This document shows positions 29,654 to 38,390 of a DNA stretch of 64,000 nt, in pieces; position 1 is the first letter of the stretch, and every line of letters begins with the position of its first letter. This DNA comes from a bacterium (GTDB taxonomy: Bacteria > Patescibacteriota > Andersenbacteria > UBA10190). Made by a program: the position numbers and the translations under genes. The notes below the pieces were generated by a model, which saw only the letters and a list, made by a program, of their open reading frames with translations, was not told where the DNA came from and made no database searches. The DNA lies in contig JAUYKA010000005.1 of assembly GCA_030698495.1 (NCBI GenBank), positions 8,404 to 72,403 on the forward strand, read 5' to 3'.

Positions 29654-29947
29654 TTATTCCTTAAACTTGAATGAGCGCTTGTTAGCTTCTTGCAGGATTT
29701 TTAATGTTGCCTGCACAGACAAATTGTCGCTTGGTAACAGCACCAGACGGTCGCCTAATTCATCGGCAAGAGGACTTAAAAATTCATCAGTCCACGACGG
29801 CGACAGGGTCAGCACCCCGGAAAAATCTATTTCCAAAACATCATCCCGTGGTAAATCACGTAAGGTAGTCCGAAACGCTTTAAGGGCCTCACTTCCCAAC
29901 TCCCGGGTAATTAAAGTGGTTCCGAATTTTTCCAACATCAATTTCAT
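29654..29947 (-). CDS. STAS-like domain protein (DUF4325-like; anti-sigma-factor-antagonist fold)
   Basis: 97 aa; secondary-structure pattern and size are consistent with the STAS/DUF4325 family (assignment from memory). Sits immediately downstream of a GHKL ATPase. Confidence 0.45.
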   Translation of the reverse strand: MKLMLEKFGTTLITRELGSEALKAFRTTLRDLPRDDVLEIDFSGVLTLSPSWTDEFLSPLADELGDRLVLLPSDNLSVQATLKILQEANKRSFKFKE

Positions 29948-29970
29948 AAATTTATATATTATCTTATTGC

Positions 29971-30690
29971 TTAAAAATCAATCTTGGCCAAACACCCGTT
30001 TATCGTATTTACTCCCCTAACAACTTTAAAGTCTTTATTGTCATTCTGTAGACGCACTTCAGCATCTCCGCTGGTAAAAAACAGATTAATCGGATTACCG
30101 ACTACAACTTCCCGAACCAATTTCAAACCGTTGCCTCGTTTCTCCGGCGCCCGGCCGGAAATAAATTCAGTAAAAGCCACTTTTACCGCGGCAACATGGT
30201 TAGACAACTCCGGACGAACTTGACGCAATGTCCTTAGAATACCAAGTCCTCTGTCAGCTAATACAATTACCCCCTTCTTAATATCATACCCAAAAAATAT
30301 TCCGGGCACATCCGGCCATTTGCCTAAATTATGAGCAAATGAATTATCACCTATTTCACCGGCAATCAAGACAATAAGTGAATATAACTCTTCAAATCCA
30401 GGCTTGGCCATAAGTTCACGCTCCATTTTTACCAGCCTTGCTTGAAAGACAGCACTTGTCTGACAATAGAATCTCTCCGGAAATTCAGTTTTGTCACCAG
30501 CCCATTCGAAAGCGAATTTTAAAAGATCACTCGCGAAAATTTCGAGATCTTTCTCTCGATAATATCTGTGTGTTCCGCCTTCCTTTTTAATGGCAACCAA
30601 TTTTCCTCTTTCATCCCACCGGCGCAGGGTATCAATTGAAACACCAAGTATTTCAGCCGCTTGACTGATTGTTAACAGTTTTCTTTCCAT
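29971..30690 (-). CDS. MerR-type HTH fused to a GHKL (histidine-kinase-like / anti-sigma-factor-kinase-like) ATPase domain
   Basis: N-terminal LTISQAAEILGVSIDTLRRWDERGKL (MerR HTH). N-box GEIGDNSFAHN, G1 box DRGLGI and G2 box GNGLKLVRE. Confidence 0.6.
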   Translation of the reverse strand: MERKLLTISQAAEILGVSIDTLRRWDERGKLVAIKKEGGTHRYYREKDLEIFASDLLKFAFEWAGDKTEFPERFYCQTSAVFQARLVKMERELMAKPGFEELYSLIVLIAGEIGDNSFAHNLGKWPDVPGIFFGYDIKKGVIVLADRGLGILRTLRQVRPELSNHVAAVKVAFTEFISGRAPEKRGNGLKLVREVVVGNPINLFFTSGDAEVRLQNDNKDFKVVRGVNTINGCLAKIDF

Positions 30691-30832
30691 ATCTACACTA
30701 TAACATACCCTATAAATCTATGCAATTATTACATAAAACTATGCATTATTACTATAATCTATGCATTTTATTGATATTTATGGGCAAATTTCATACTTTC
30801 AGCTCATAAATTCACGCGTTTTTCCTGATTTT

Positions 30833-31237
30833 CTATTTCTCCCGATCCAGCGCTTCATTCACTAGCCTATCAGCTATCTTATTTTTATCCCGCGTCACGT
30901 GCGTAAAAGAAGTTGTCTCAAACTTATCCGCTAGTTCCTTCGCCTCAACAAATAACTGTTTTAATCCGTTATTTTTCACCCGATAATTTCCTTTCAACTG
31001 CTCCACCACCAACTGGCTGTCCAGAAAACATTTTATCTCGGACACCCCCGCCTCCAGCGCCATAGCTAATCCTTTTATCAACGCTTTATATTCCGCCTGA
31101 TTGTTTGTCGTCTCGCCGATATACTCGCCGTACTCCAGCGCCTGTTCCCCTTCCACCCTAAGCACTAAACCGATTCCCGCCGGCCCCGGGTTCCCTCTGG
31201 CTCCTCCATCGGTAAATAAAGTGGCTTTTTTTGACAT
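30833..31237 (-). CDS. rnhA: Ribonuclease HI
   Basis: TDGGARGNPG, NNQAEY and DSQLVV catalytic DEDD motifs. Confidence 0.8.
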   Translation of the reverse strand: MSKKATLFTDGGARGNPGPAGIGLVLRVEGEQALEYGEYIGETTNNQAEYKALIKGLAMALEAGVSEIKCFLDSQLVVEQLKGNYRVKNNGLKQLFVEAKELADKFETTSFTHVTRDKNKIADRLVNEALDREK

Positions 31238-31240
31238 ATT

Positions 31241-32941
31241 TTATTTTTGAAATGTTATTTTCATCTCGCCCGCTCGCGCCGCGTCCCGGACGTTAAACTG
31301 CAGCCTTCTTCTGCCTTGCCATTGATTTTCGGTTAATTCTCCCAATATATCAATAGATCCTTTGGTAATTTTAGCCGCGGCCATCTCGTGTGCCAATCCG
31401 AAACCGATGCCGTCAACTAATTCGTTGTTTATAACCAGCCCCAACTTGGCGTGATCCGAATTTTTTCCCACCGCCCGCCACTCGTGTAGCTGTATGTTTT
31501 GTGCCACCAGTTGCGGCCTTTTATTCCCCTCCCCGAACGGCGCGAACTCTTCTATCACCCGCACCGTCTGTTTATCTAAAATTTCCGGCGCCACCAGTGC
31601 TTCCGCTTCCAAAGTCAGCAGTCGTTCCCGCTCTTCAATAACTGCCCCGGCTTCCATCCCCCGCATCGCCTCGGTGAACATCGGCAGATTACTCACGTCT
31701 ATCGTCAACCCCGCCGCCTGACTGTGCCCGCCCAGTTTTACCAGCATACTTTGTGCCTGCCGCAGTATTTCCAGCACATTTGTTCCTTCCGGGCTGCGCG
31801 CCGAACCTACTCCGCCCCGCCCGAAGACCACCGCCGGTTTGCCATATTTATCCGCCAGACGATTAGCCGCCAAACCAACCACGCCGGGCGGCCAGTCTTC
31901 TCCGCTGGCTACAATTACCGCGCCGCATCCCGCCAGTTGTTTTTCCGCTTCCCGCACTACCTTCTGTGTAACCGTCTGCCGCCTTCTGTTTAACAGATTC
32001 AACTCGGCCACCAGCTTGTCCGCTTTGGCTTCGTCTTTTGTCATTAACAGCTCCAGCGCCGGCTGGGCGTGATCCATTCGGCCGGCCGCGTTCAGCATCG
32101 GTACTATTTTAAACACCACGTCCTCCGTCGATACTTCCTTGCCGGCCAACCCGACAAAATCAATCAGTTTCCGCAGGCCCACGCGCTTGGTCCGCCGTAA
32201 AACATCCAAACCGAAACGTACAATTGCCCGATTTTCTCCCAGCACCGGCACCGAATCGCCCAGAGTTCCCAACATCGCCAAATCCAACAGCCACTTTACT
32301 CTATCGGTGTCTCCTCTCCAAACCGAGCGATTATCATTAGACAAAGCCTGCGCCACTTTCCACGCCGTGCCGGCGCCGCATAAATAAGGCCAAGAGTAGC
32401 TGCCAACCGGATAATTGGGATGGATAATAGCAACCGCCGCCGGCTTCACCCTCCCCGGCGTATGATGATCGACTATAACCGTGTCTATTTTCTGGCGCTT
32501 CAGCCACTTAACTTCTTCCGCCGCGGTAACGCCGCAGTCAACCGTAACCAGCAGCGACATCTCCGGCGCCAGCCTTTCCAGCACTTCTTTATTAAGTCCG
32601 TATCCGTCATCTATCCGGTGCGGAATATATGGACTTACCCGCGCGCCGTGCTCGCGCAAAGTTTCCACTAAAATAGCCGTACTACTGATGCCGTCGGCGT
32701 CATAATCGCCGTAAACTATGATCTGCTCCTTATCCTTTATGGCCCGAAAAATTCTGTCCACGCCCGCGGCCATATCGGGGAAATTTCCCGGATCATGAAT
32801 ATCGTCTTTATACGAGGAACGAAAAAAACCGGCCGCCCCATCGGCGCCGACTCCCCGACGCACTAGCAAAAATCCCCTTAATTCTTCCGTCGAACTGATC
32901 GCGCCGCGCGCGTCTGCCGTCACTACCCACTGTCTATTCAT
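31241..32941 (-). CDS. recJ: Single-stranded-DNA-specific exonuclease RecJ
   Basis: DHH motifs (YGDYDADGISS, DHH) and DHHA1 domain; 566 aa. Confidence 0.85.
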   Translation of the reverse strand: MNRQWVVTADARGAISSTEELRGFLLVRRGVGADGAAGFFRSSYKDDIHDPGNFPDMAAGVDRIFRAIKDKEQIIVYGDYDADGISSTAILVETLREHGARVSPYIPHRIDDGYGLNKEVLERLAPEMSLLVTVDCGVTAAEEVKWLKRQKIDTVIVDHHTPGRVKPAAVAIIHPNYPVGSYSWPYLCGAGTAWKVAQALSNDNRSVWRGDTDRVKWLLDLAMLGTLGDSVPVLGENRAIVRFGLDVLRRTKRVGLRKLIDFVGLAGKEVSTEDVVFKIVPMLNAAGRMDHAQPALELLMTKDEAKADKLVAELNLLNRRRQTVTQKVVREAEKQLAGCGAVIVASGEDWPPGVVGLAANRLADKYGKPAVVFGRGGVGSARSPEGTNVLEILRQAQSMLVKLGGHSQAAGLTIDVSNLPMFTEAMRGMEAGAVIEERERLLTLEAEALVAPEILDKQTVRVIEEFAPFGEGNKRPQLVAQNIQLHEWRAVGKNSDHAKLGLVINNELVDGIGFGLAHEMAAAKITKGSIDILGELTENQWQGRRRLQFNVRDAARAGEMKITFQK

Positions 32942-32947
32942 GCCGTG

Positions 32948-33376
32948 CTATTGAATTCTCGGACCCTTCGTGTGCCGGTTGATAACATTTTTTTCCGTCC
33001 GGGTATGCCTGATAAACTTATGCAGCAAATCCACGATGCCCGCGTACTGGGTGATAATACTGGACAAATCGCGCTGCACCTCTTCTTTCTGCTGGAGCAC
33101 GTATGCCAACCTCAACCAATAATCCGTTTCAATCGCTTTCATCCTCGCCTCCGTCAAATGTCTATCAAAATCACCCGGCTCCTCCGCCGCGTTCGCCCGC
33201 ACCAAGTGGGTGCCCACTGCCATAGCCGTTTTCACCATTTCCTGCTTCACTATCACCCCGCCCGCGTCATCCTCCAAAGAATCCGCCAGCGTCACCACAT
33301 CCTGAATAACCTGAAAAATCCGGTCCCACAATTCCGCCTGCCGATGCTCCCAAATTGAAGAATGCGAATCTTCCAT
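32948..33376 (-). CDS. Four-helix-bundle protein (23S rRNA intervening-sequence protein family)
   Basis: 142-aa all-alpha protein resembling the TIGR02436-type family (from memory). Confidence 0.45.
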   Translation of the reverse strand: MEDSHSSIWEHRQAELWDRIFQVIQDVVTLADSLEDDAGGVIVKQEMVKTAMAVGTHLVRANAAEEPGDFDRHLTEARMKAIETDYWLRLAYVLQQKEEVQRDLSSIITQYAGIVDLLHKFIRHTRTEKNVINRHTKGPRIQ

Positions 33377-33446
33377 ACTTAGTATATGTCAATTATAGAA
33401 CATATTCTGTTTCTGAACCAGTACACCACCCATGCGGCTAATTTAT

Positions 33447-34775
33447 CTAAACATCATCTTTAATATTAACCCCGCCTGTATCCGGCTGATGGTATTCCAA
33501 AAAAGCCTGAAAAGGCTTGGCCAGCTTCGCCTGTGTCTCCTCCTCGATCCGTAACAGCCGGTTATACTTCGCTGTTCTCTCTGATCGTGTCGGCGCGCCC
33601 GTCTTGATTTGTCCTGCTCCGGTAGCTACCGCCAAATCGGCGATAAAAGTATCCTCCGTCTCGCCGGAGCGATGCGAAATAATAACATTTTGCTTGGCCT
33701 CTTGCGCCATCAATATCGCCTGCAGAGTTTCCGAAACGGTACCCACCTGGTTAAGCTTAATCAGCACCGCATTGGCCGCTCCGCGCACAATGCCCTCGCG
33801 TATTCTTGTGCTGTTAGTCACGTACAAATCATCGCCCACAATCTGTAACGCCTGCCCGTTGCGCTTGGTAAAATTCACCCAGTCATCCCAACTATCTTCA
33901 TCAAAAGGATCTTCGATAGAAATAAGTGGATAGCGTTCTCTCCATGTTTTATACAAATAAGCCAAGTCACCCGGCGGCATATCCTTACCGTCCATCTTAT
34001 AAACCTTGTTTTCGTGATCATAAAATTCGTTGGCCGCCGCGTCTATCCCCAGAAAAGCATCCACCCCCGGCTTATAGCCGGCCGTTTCAATTGCCCTGTT
34101 TAAAAACGTAAATACCAGCTCACTTTGCCCCAGCTTCGGCGCGAAGCCCCCCTCGTCAGCCACTTCCACCTGCCAGCCTTCTTTCTTTAAAATATCGCGC
34201 AAAGCATAGTGAATTTCCGCGCCCATGCGCAAAGCCTCGCTAAAACTGGCCGTCCCTACCGGCAGAACATGAAATTCCTGTATCGCCAGCTGATTACTCG
34301 CGTGCACTCCGCCATTTATCAAATTCATTTGCGGTACTGGCAGCCTTGCTTCTCGCTCCGGAAAAAGCTGCTGCAGATACATATACAGCGGCAAACCTTG
34401 TGCCGCCGCCTCCGCTCGGACACACGCCATCGATACCGCCAGTATCGCGTTGGCTCCCAGTCTCGATTTATTCGGTGTGCCATCCAACTCCAGCAATGTC
34501 CGATCAATTTTTGATTGATTGGCTGTATCTTTTCCGTGTAAAGCCGCGTTAATCTCGCCTCTAATATTCTTAACCGCTCCCAGTATGCCCTTTCCCCGAT
34601 AACGCTTCTCATCGCCGTCACGTAGCTCGTGCGCTTCGTGCTTTCCCGTGGAAGCGCCCGAGGGCACCATCGCGCTCACGCTAATACCGCCGGCCGCGTC
34701 CACCTGCGCCTCCACCGTCGGATTTCCCCGGGAATCCAAAATCTCCCTCGCAATTATCTTCTCAATCTTGGCCAT
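33447..34775 (-). CDS. eno: Enolase
   Basis: N-terminal IIAREILDSRGNPTVEA; enolase signature SHRSGETED. Confidence 0.95.
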   Translation of the reverse strand: MAKIEKIIAREILDSRGNPTVEAQVDAAGGISVSAMVPSGASTGKHEAHELRDGDEKRYRGKGILGAVKNIRGEINAALHGKDTANQSKIDRTLLELDGTPNKSRLGANAILAVSMACVRAEAAAQGLPLYMYLQQLFPEREARLPVPQMNLINGGVHASNQLAIQEFHVLPVGTASFSEALRMGAEIHYALRDILKKEGWQVEVADEGGFAPKLGQSELVFTFLNRAIETAGYKPGVDAFLGIDAAANEFYDHENKVYKMDGKDMPPGDLAYLYKTWRERYPLISIEDPFDEDSWDDWVNFTKRNGQALQIVGDDLYVTNSTRIREGIVRGAANAVLIKLNQVGTVSETLQAILMAQEAKQNVIISHRSGETEDTFIADLAVATGAGQIKTGAPTRSERTAKYNRLLRIEEETQAKLAKPFQAFLEYHQPDTGGVNIKDDV

Positions 34776-34800
34776 AATCCTACAGGCTAATGACTAATAG

Positions 34801-35991
34801 CTAATCACTAACATACAGCGGTTCCAATCCCGGCATCCTCTTATTCTCCAGAAAAGCGATCATCGCGCCGCCGCCCACCGAAACATGGTCGTACTTATTC
34901 AGCACTTTCGCTTTCTGTAAAGCGATAATAGTATCACCGCCGCCTACCACCCGATAGCTGGATAATTGCGCCAGCTCCGTTGCCAAAGCCTCCGTCGCCT
35001 TGGCATAAGCCGGTACCTCAAAACGCCCCATCGGTCCATTCCACATAATAGTCGCGGCTTCCCTGGCGTATTTCATAAACAGTTCCACCGTTTTAGGCCC
35101 GACATCAAAAACTCCCGCCACCCCCTCCGGTATCTCATCAACGCCTGCTACCACAGCATCGCTTCCATCCTCATTGCCAATCACCACATCAACCGGCAAA
35201 ACTATTTTATCGCCGCCTTTATCCAGCAAGACCCGGGCAACCGATGTCTCGTCAGCCGTAAAATGGTCCGCGCGCTTACCCTGCGCCGCCAAAAAAACAT
35301 TGGCTAACCGGCCTCCGATGCATAACTTATCCACCTGTTCCAGCAACCGATAAAGCATCCCTATCTTCGTCTCAATTTTTGCTCCTGAAGTTATCGCCAC
35401 ATACGGCTTAGCCGGATTACTCCTTAACTTTGTCAGCTTCGCCACTTCCTCCACCGTCCGCCGTCCCGCGCCCGAAGACAATAATCTGGGTGCGATAGAC
35501 ACCGACGCGTGATTACGGTGTGACACACTGAAAGCTTCATTTATATATACCTCCGCGTTATCGCAAATTTCCCGAGCGAATTGTTCGCTGCCTTCCTCTT
35601 CCCGCACATCCATCCGCACATTCGGCAGCAAAGCCACATCTCCCGGGTTCATACCTCCCAGCACCGCCTTAACTCCATCGCCGTACAACTTATTGATACT
35701 GGTTACTTCCTCGCCCAACAAGCCCTCCAAACGATCACGCACCGGCCCCAGCTCCGTGTTTTCCTTGCTCTCCCCCGGACGGCCGCGATGGGTAAGCAAT
35801 AGCACCTTGCATCTTCTTTGCATCAACTCTTCGATCGTCGCTAGAGCCGCTTTTATCCGGTAATCTTCCGTTTCTTCCACTCTCCCGCTATCATTCGTCG
35901 CCACGTTAAAATCAACTCTCACTAAAACTGCCTTACCGTCCACCGGCAAGTCATCAAGAGTTTTTAACTTTCTCGCGGTCTTATTCTCCAT
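34801..35991 (-). CDS. pgk: Phosphoglycerate kinase
   Basis: RVDFNV and MAKKGVT-like motifs; 396 aa. Confidence 0.95.
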   Translation of the reverse strand: MENKTARKLKTLDDLPVDGKAVLVRVDFNVATNDSGRVEETEDYRIKAALATIEELMQRRCKVLLLTHRGRPGESKENTELGPVRDRLEGLLGEEVTSINKLYGDGVKAVLGGMNPGDVALLPNVRMDVREEEGSEQFAREICDNAEVYINEAFSVSHRNHASVSIAPRLLSSGAGRRTVEEVAKLTKLRSNPAKPYVAITSGAKIETKIGMLYRLLEQVDKLCIGGRLANVFLAAQGKRADHFTADETSVARVLLDKGGDKIVLPVDVVIGNEDGSDAVVAGVDEIPEGVAGVFDVGPKTVELFMKYAREAATIMWNGPMGRFEVPAYAKATEALATELAQLSSYRVVGGGDTIIALQKAKVLNKYDHVSVGGGAMIAFLENKRMPGLEPLYVSD

Positions 35992-36018
35992 AAAGTCAGA
36001 TTATCACAACCAACCCGC

Positions 36019-37029
36019 TTATTTTGCGCTTTGCCTTATCGCCACGGCTTGTTCAACCAATCGATTGGAATACCCCCACTCGTTATCGTACCAACCCATA
36101 ACCTTCACTAAATTGCCGCCTACCACGCGCGTCATGGCCAAATCTACCGTCACTGAATGCGGATCGCCGATAAAATCACTGGATACCACCGGCTCGCTCG
36201 TTACCGCCAGCACTCCCTCATAAAGAGGATTGCTCGCCGCTTCTTCAAAGACCTTAACGATTTCCTCGACTGTCACTTCTTTCTTAGTCACCAACACGCA
36301 ATCCGACATCGACACCACCGGTACCGGCACCCGCAAGGCCACCCCGTCAAACTTGCCCGCCAGTGGCTGATACGCTTTGGTCGCCGCTATCGCCGCGCCG
36401 GTAGAAGACGGCACCATGTTAGCCGCGGCCGCCCGTCCGCGCCGAAAATCTTTCTTCGCCGGTCCGTCAACAACACTCTGCGTGGCCGTGTAGGCATGCA
36501 CCGTAGTCATAACCGCTTTCTCCACCCCGAACGCGTTATCCATCACCGCCACCATTGGCGCCACGCAATTTGTGGTGCACGAAGCATTGGAAACTATTTC
36601 CTTACCCGCCAAATCTTTATCGTTGACACCCATAACCACCGTGGCTACCCCCTCGCTTTTTGTGGGCGCCGAGATAATAACATGCTTAGCCCCGGCCGTT
36701 ATGTGACGACGGGCTTCCTCTTCTTCAGTGAAGACACCGGTGGACTCAATGACCGTATCAATGCCCATCTCCCCCCAGGGCAACTTGTCCGGCTCGCGTT
36801 CATTCAGCACTTTTATCTCCTTGTCATCAACTCGCAGAACACCGTCGCTCATTGTTACTTTTCTGGCATAGCGACCGTACACTGTGTCGTATCGCAATAA
36901 ATAAGCTAAATTTTCCGGATCACCCAAGTCGTTTATCGCCACCATTTCCACATCATCGTTCTCCAACGCTATTTTAAAAACCGCCCGGCCGATGCGCCCG
37001 AAACCATTGATTGCAATTTTTGTTTTCAT
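36019..37029 (-). CDS. gap: Glyceraldehyde-3-phosphate dehydrogenase
   Basis: INGFGRIGR NAD-binding motif; ASCTTNC active site. Confidence 0.95.
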   Translation of the reverse strand: MKTKIAINGFGRIGRAVFKIALENDDVEMVAINDLGDPENLAYLLRYDTVYGRYARKVTMSDGVLRVDDKEIKVLNEREPDKLPWGEMGIDTVIESTGVFTEEEEARRHITAGAKHVIISAPTKSEGVATVVMGVNDKDLAGKEIVSNASCTTNCVAPMVAVMDNAFGVEKAVMTTVHAYTATQSVVDGPAKKDFRRGRAAAANMVPSSTGAAIAATKAYQPLAGKFDGVALRVPVPVVSMSDCVLVTKKEVTVEEIVKVFEEAASNPLYEGVLAVTSEPVVSSDFIGDPHSVTVDLAMTRVVGGNLVKVMGWYDNEWGYSNRLVEQAVAIRQSAK

Positions 37030-37141
37030 AGTTGAGTAGAATTAAGAATCATGAATAAAGAATACAATATACTTAATTTACTGTCCTCGCCTTGTCCTCC
37101 GTAGCTTCATGCGAAGGATGGGCTGTATTTACTGTATTTAC

Positions 37142-38152
37142 TTAAATAGTGCCATAAACCACAGGCTTAATCTTGCTGTTTTTGCGAATCAATTGCTCTA
37201 CACCATCTTTATTTAAAAGCCCCTCCCTCGCCCCGATATAACGCACCACCGAAGTTGAATTAGCATTACCCCACAGCATTGCCTCGGTTATTGTTTTACC
37301 GTGCACTAAAGCCCCCATAAACCCGGCGCCATAACTGTCCCCGGCCCCTGTTCTTTCCACCACTTCACCGGCAAAAATTTTCAACCTTAAAATTTTTCCT
37401 CCGTCAACCGCGTATGAACCGTTCGGGCCATCAGTTAGCACCACGCTGCCAACCCCGATATCCAAAAACCCCTTTATCAATTGACCTACATCATCGCTTG
37501 ATATCCTCAACAGCTCTTGCGATTCCTCGCGATTAATAAATAGTACCTCGGTCTTTTCTAACAACGGCTTTAATCCCTCTAGACCCAAATTCATCTGGTG
37601 CGTCCCCGGATTAAACGCTATCTTTACTTCCGGATTTTCCTCTAAATACGCCAGTACTTGCTCATGTAAACTTTTTACTCCGCCGCCAGACGAAGACGTC
37701 AAATAAATCCAGCGCGGCCGGGCAAAATGCGGCAAGCGATACTCCCGCGGCTCATGATAAACCAGAATAGTCCGCTCGCTGTTAAAGTTTATTACTGCAG
37801 AGAAGTTGGTACCGTGCTCCTTATCAAAAACAACATATCTCGCATCTACCCCGTTCTCCCGAAAAACATCCTGGGCTAAATGACCCTGCACATCGTCTCC
37901 TAACACCGTATAAATAGCCGCTCTCAAACCCAAACGCGCCACCCCGATGGCGTGATTAGCCGCGTTCCCGACTGCCGGCACATCCGTCTTTTTCTCTACC
38001 GCTATTTTGTCCGCAAATCGCAAACAGAATTTACAATTACCGCCTTGATTGTCGCAGTGAACTTCCGCATCAGACATCTGCAAAAAAACATCTTCCGTCG
38101 TATCGCCAATAGCGACAATATCAAAAACCGGCGCGCTCACTCTTTTCTCCAT
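37142..38152 (-). CDS. PfkB-family carbohydrate kinase (candidate phosphofructokinase, PFK-2 type)
   Basis: PfkB signature GAGDSYGAGFMGAL; embedded between gap and fba. Confidence 0.7.
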   Translation of the reverse strand: MEKRVSAPVFDIVAIGDTTEDVFLQMSDAEVHCDNQGGNCKFCLRFADKIAVEKKTDVPAVGNAANHAIGVARLGLRAAIYTVLGDDVQGHLAQDVFRENGVDARYVVFDKEHGTNFSAVINFNSERTILVYHEPREYRLPHFARPRWIYLTSSSGGGVKSLHEQVLAYLEENPEVKIAFNPGTHQMNLGLEGLKPLLEKTEVLFINREESQELLRISSDDVGQLIKGFLDIGVGSVVLTDGPNGSYAVDGGKILRLKIFAGEVVERTGAGDSYGAGFMGALVHGKTITEAMLWGNANSTSVVRYIGAREGLLNKDGVEQLIRKNSKIKPVVYGTI

Positions 38153-38202
38153 TGGCTTATTGTATCATTTTTAACCTCTCTTGTCTCTCGCAAAAGCGGG
38201 CA

Positions 38203-38372
38203 GCGACACGCGCAGAATTTCCCTTGTCGGCCGTCTGAAGACCTGCCGGCCCGGTCTCCGCCATTGTTTTGCCTTGGCAAAACAATGGCGGAGCGGCAGG
38301 GCTTCAGCCGAGTAACACCCACCGCTGGGGTGGGTGTTATGTGCCAACAAGGGAAATTCTGCGCGTGTCGCT
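38203..38372. repeat. Family E element, copy 3 (between the PfkB kinase gene and fba)
   Basis: Same core; the outer stem is AGCGACACGCGCAGAATTTCCCTTGT paired with its complement. Confidence 0.7.
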
Positions 38373-38390
38373 CACTAAAATTCGATGCAC

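Noticed and set aside
21983-31240. Integrated prophage or ICE
   Set aside because: There is no integrase, recombinase, capsid, terminase or conjugation gene, and no flanking tRNA. It is called an accessory/defence island only.
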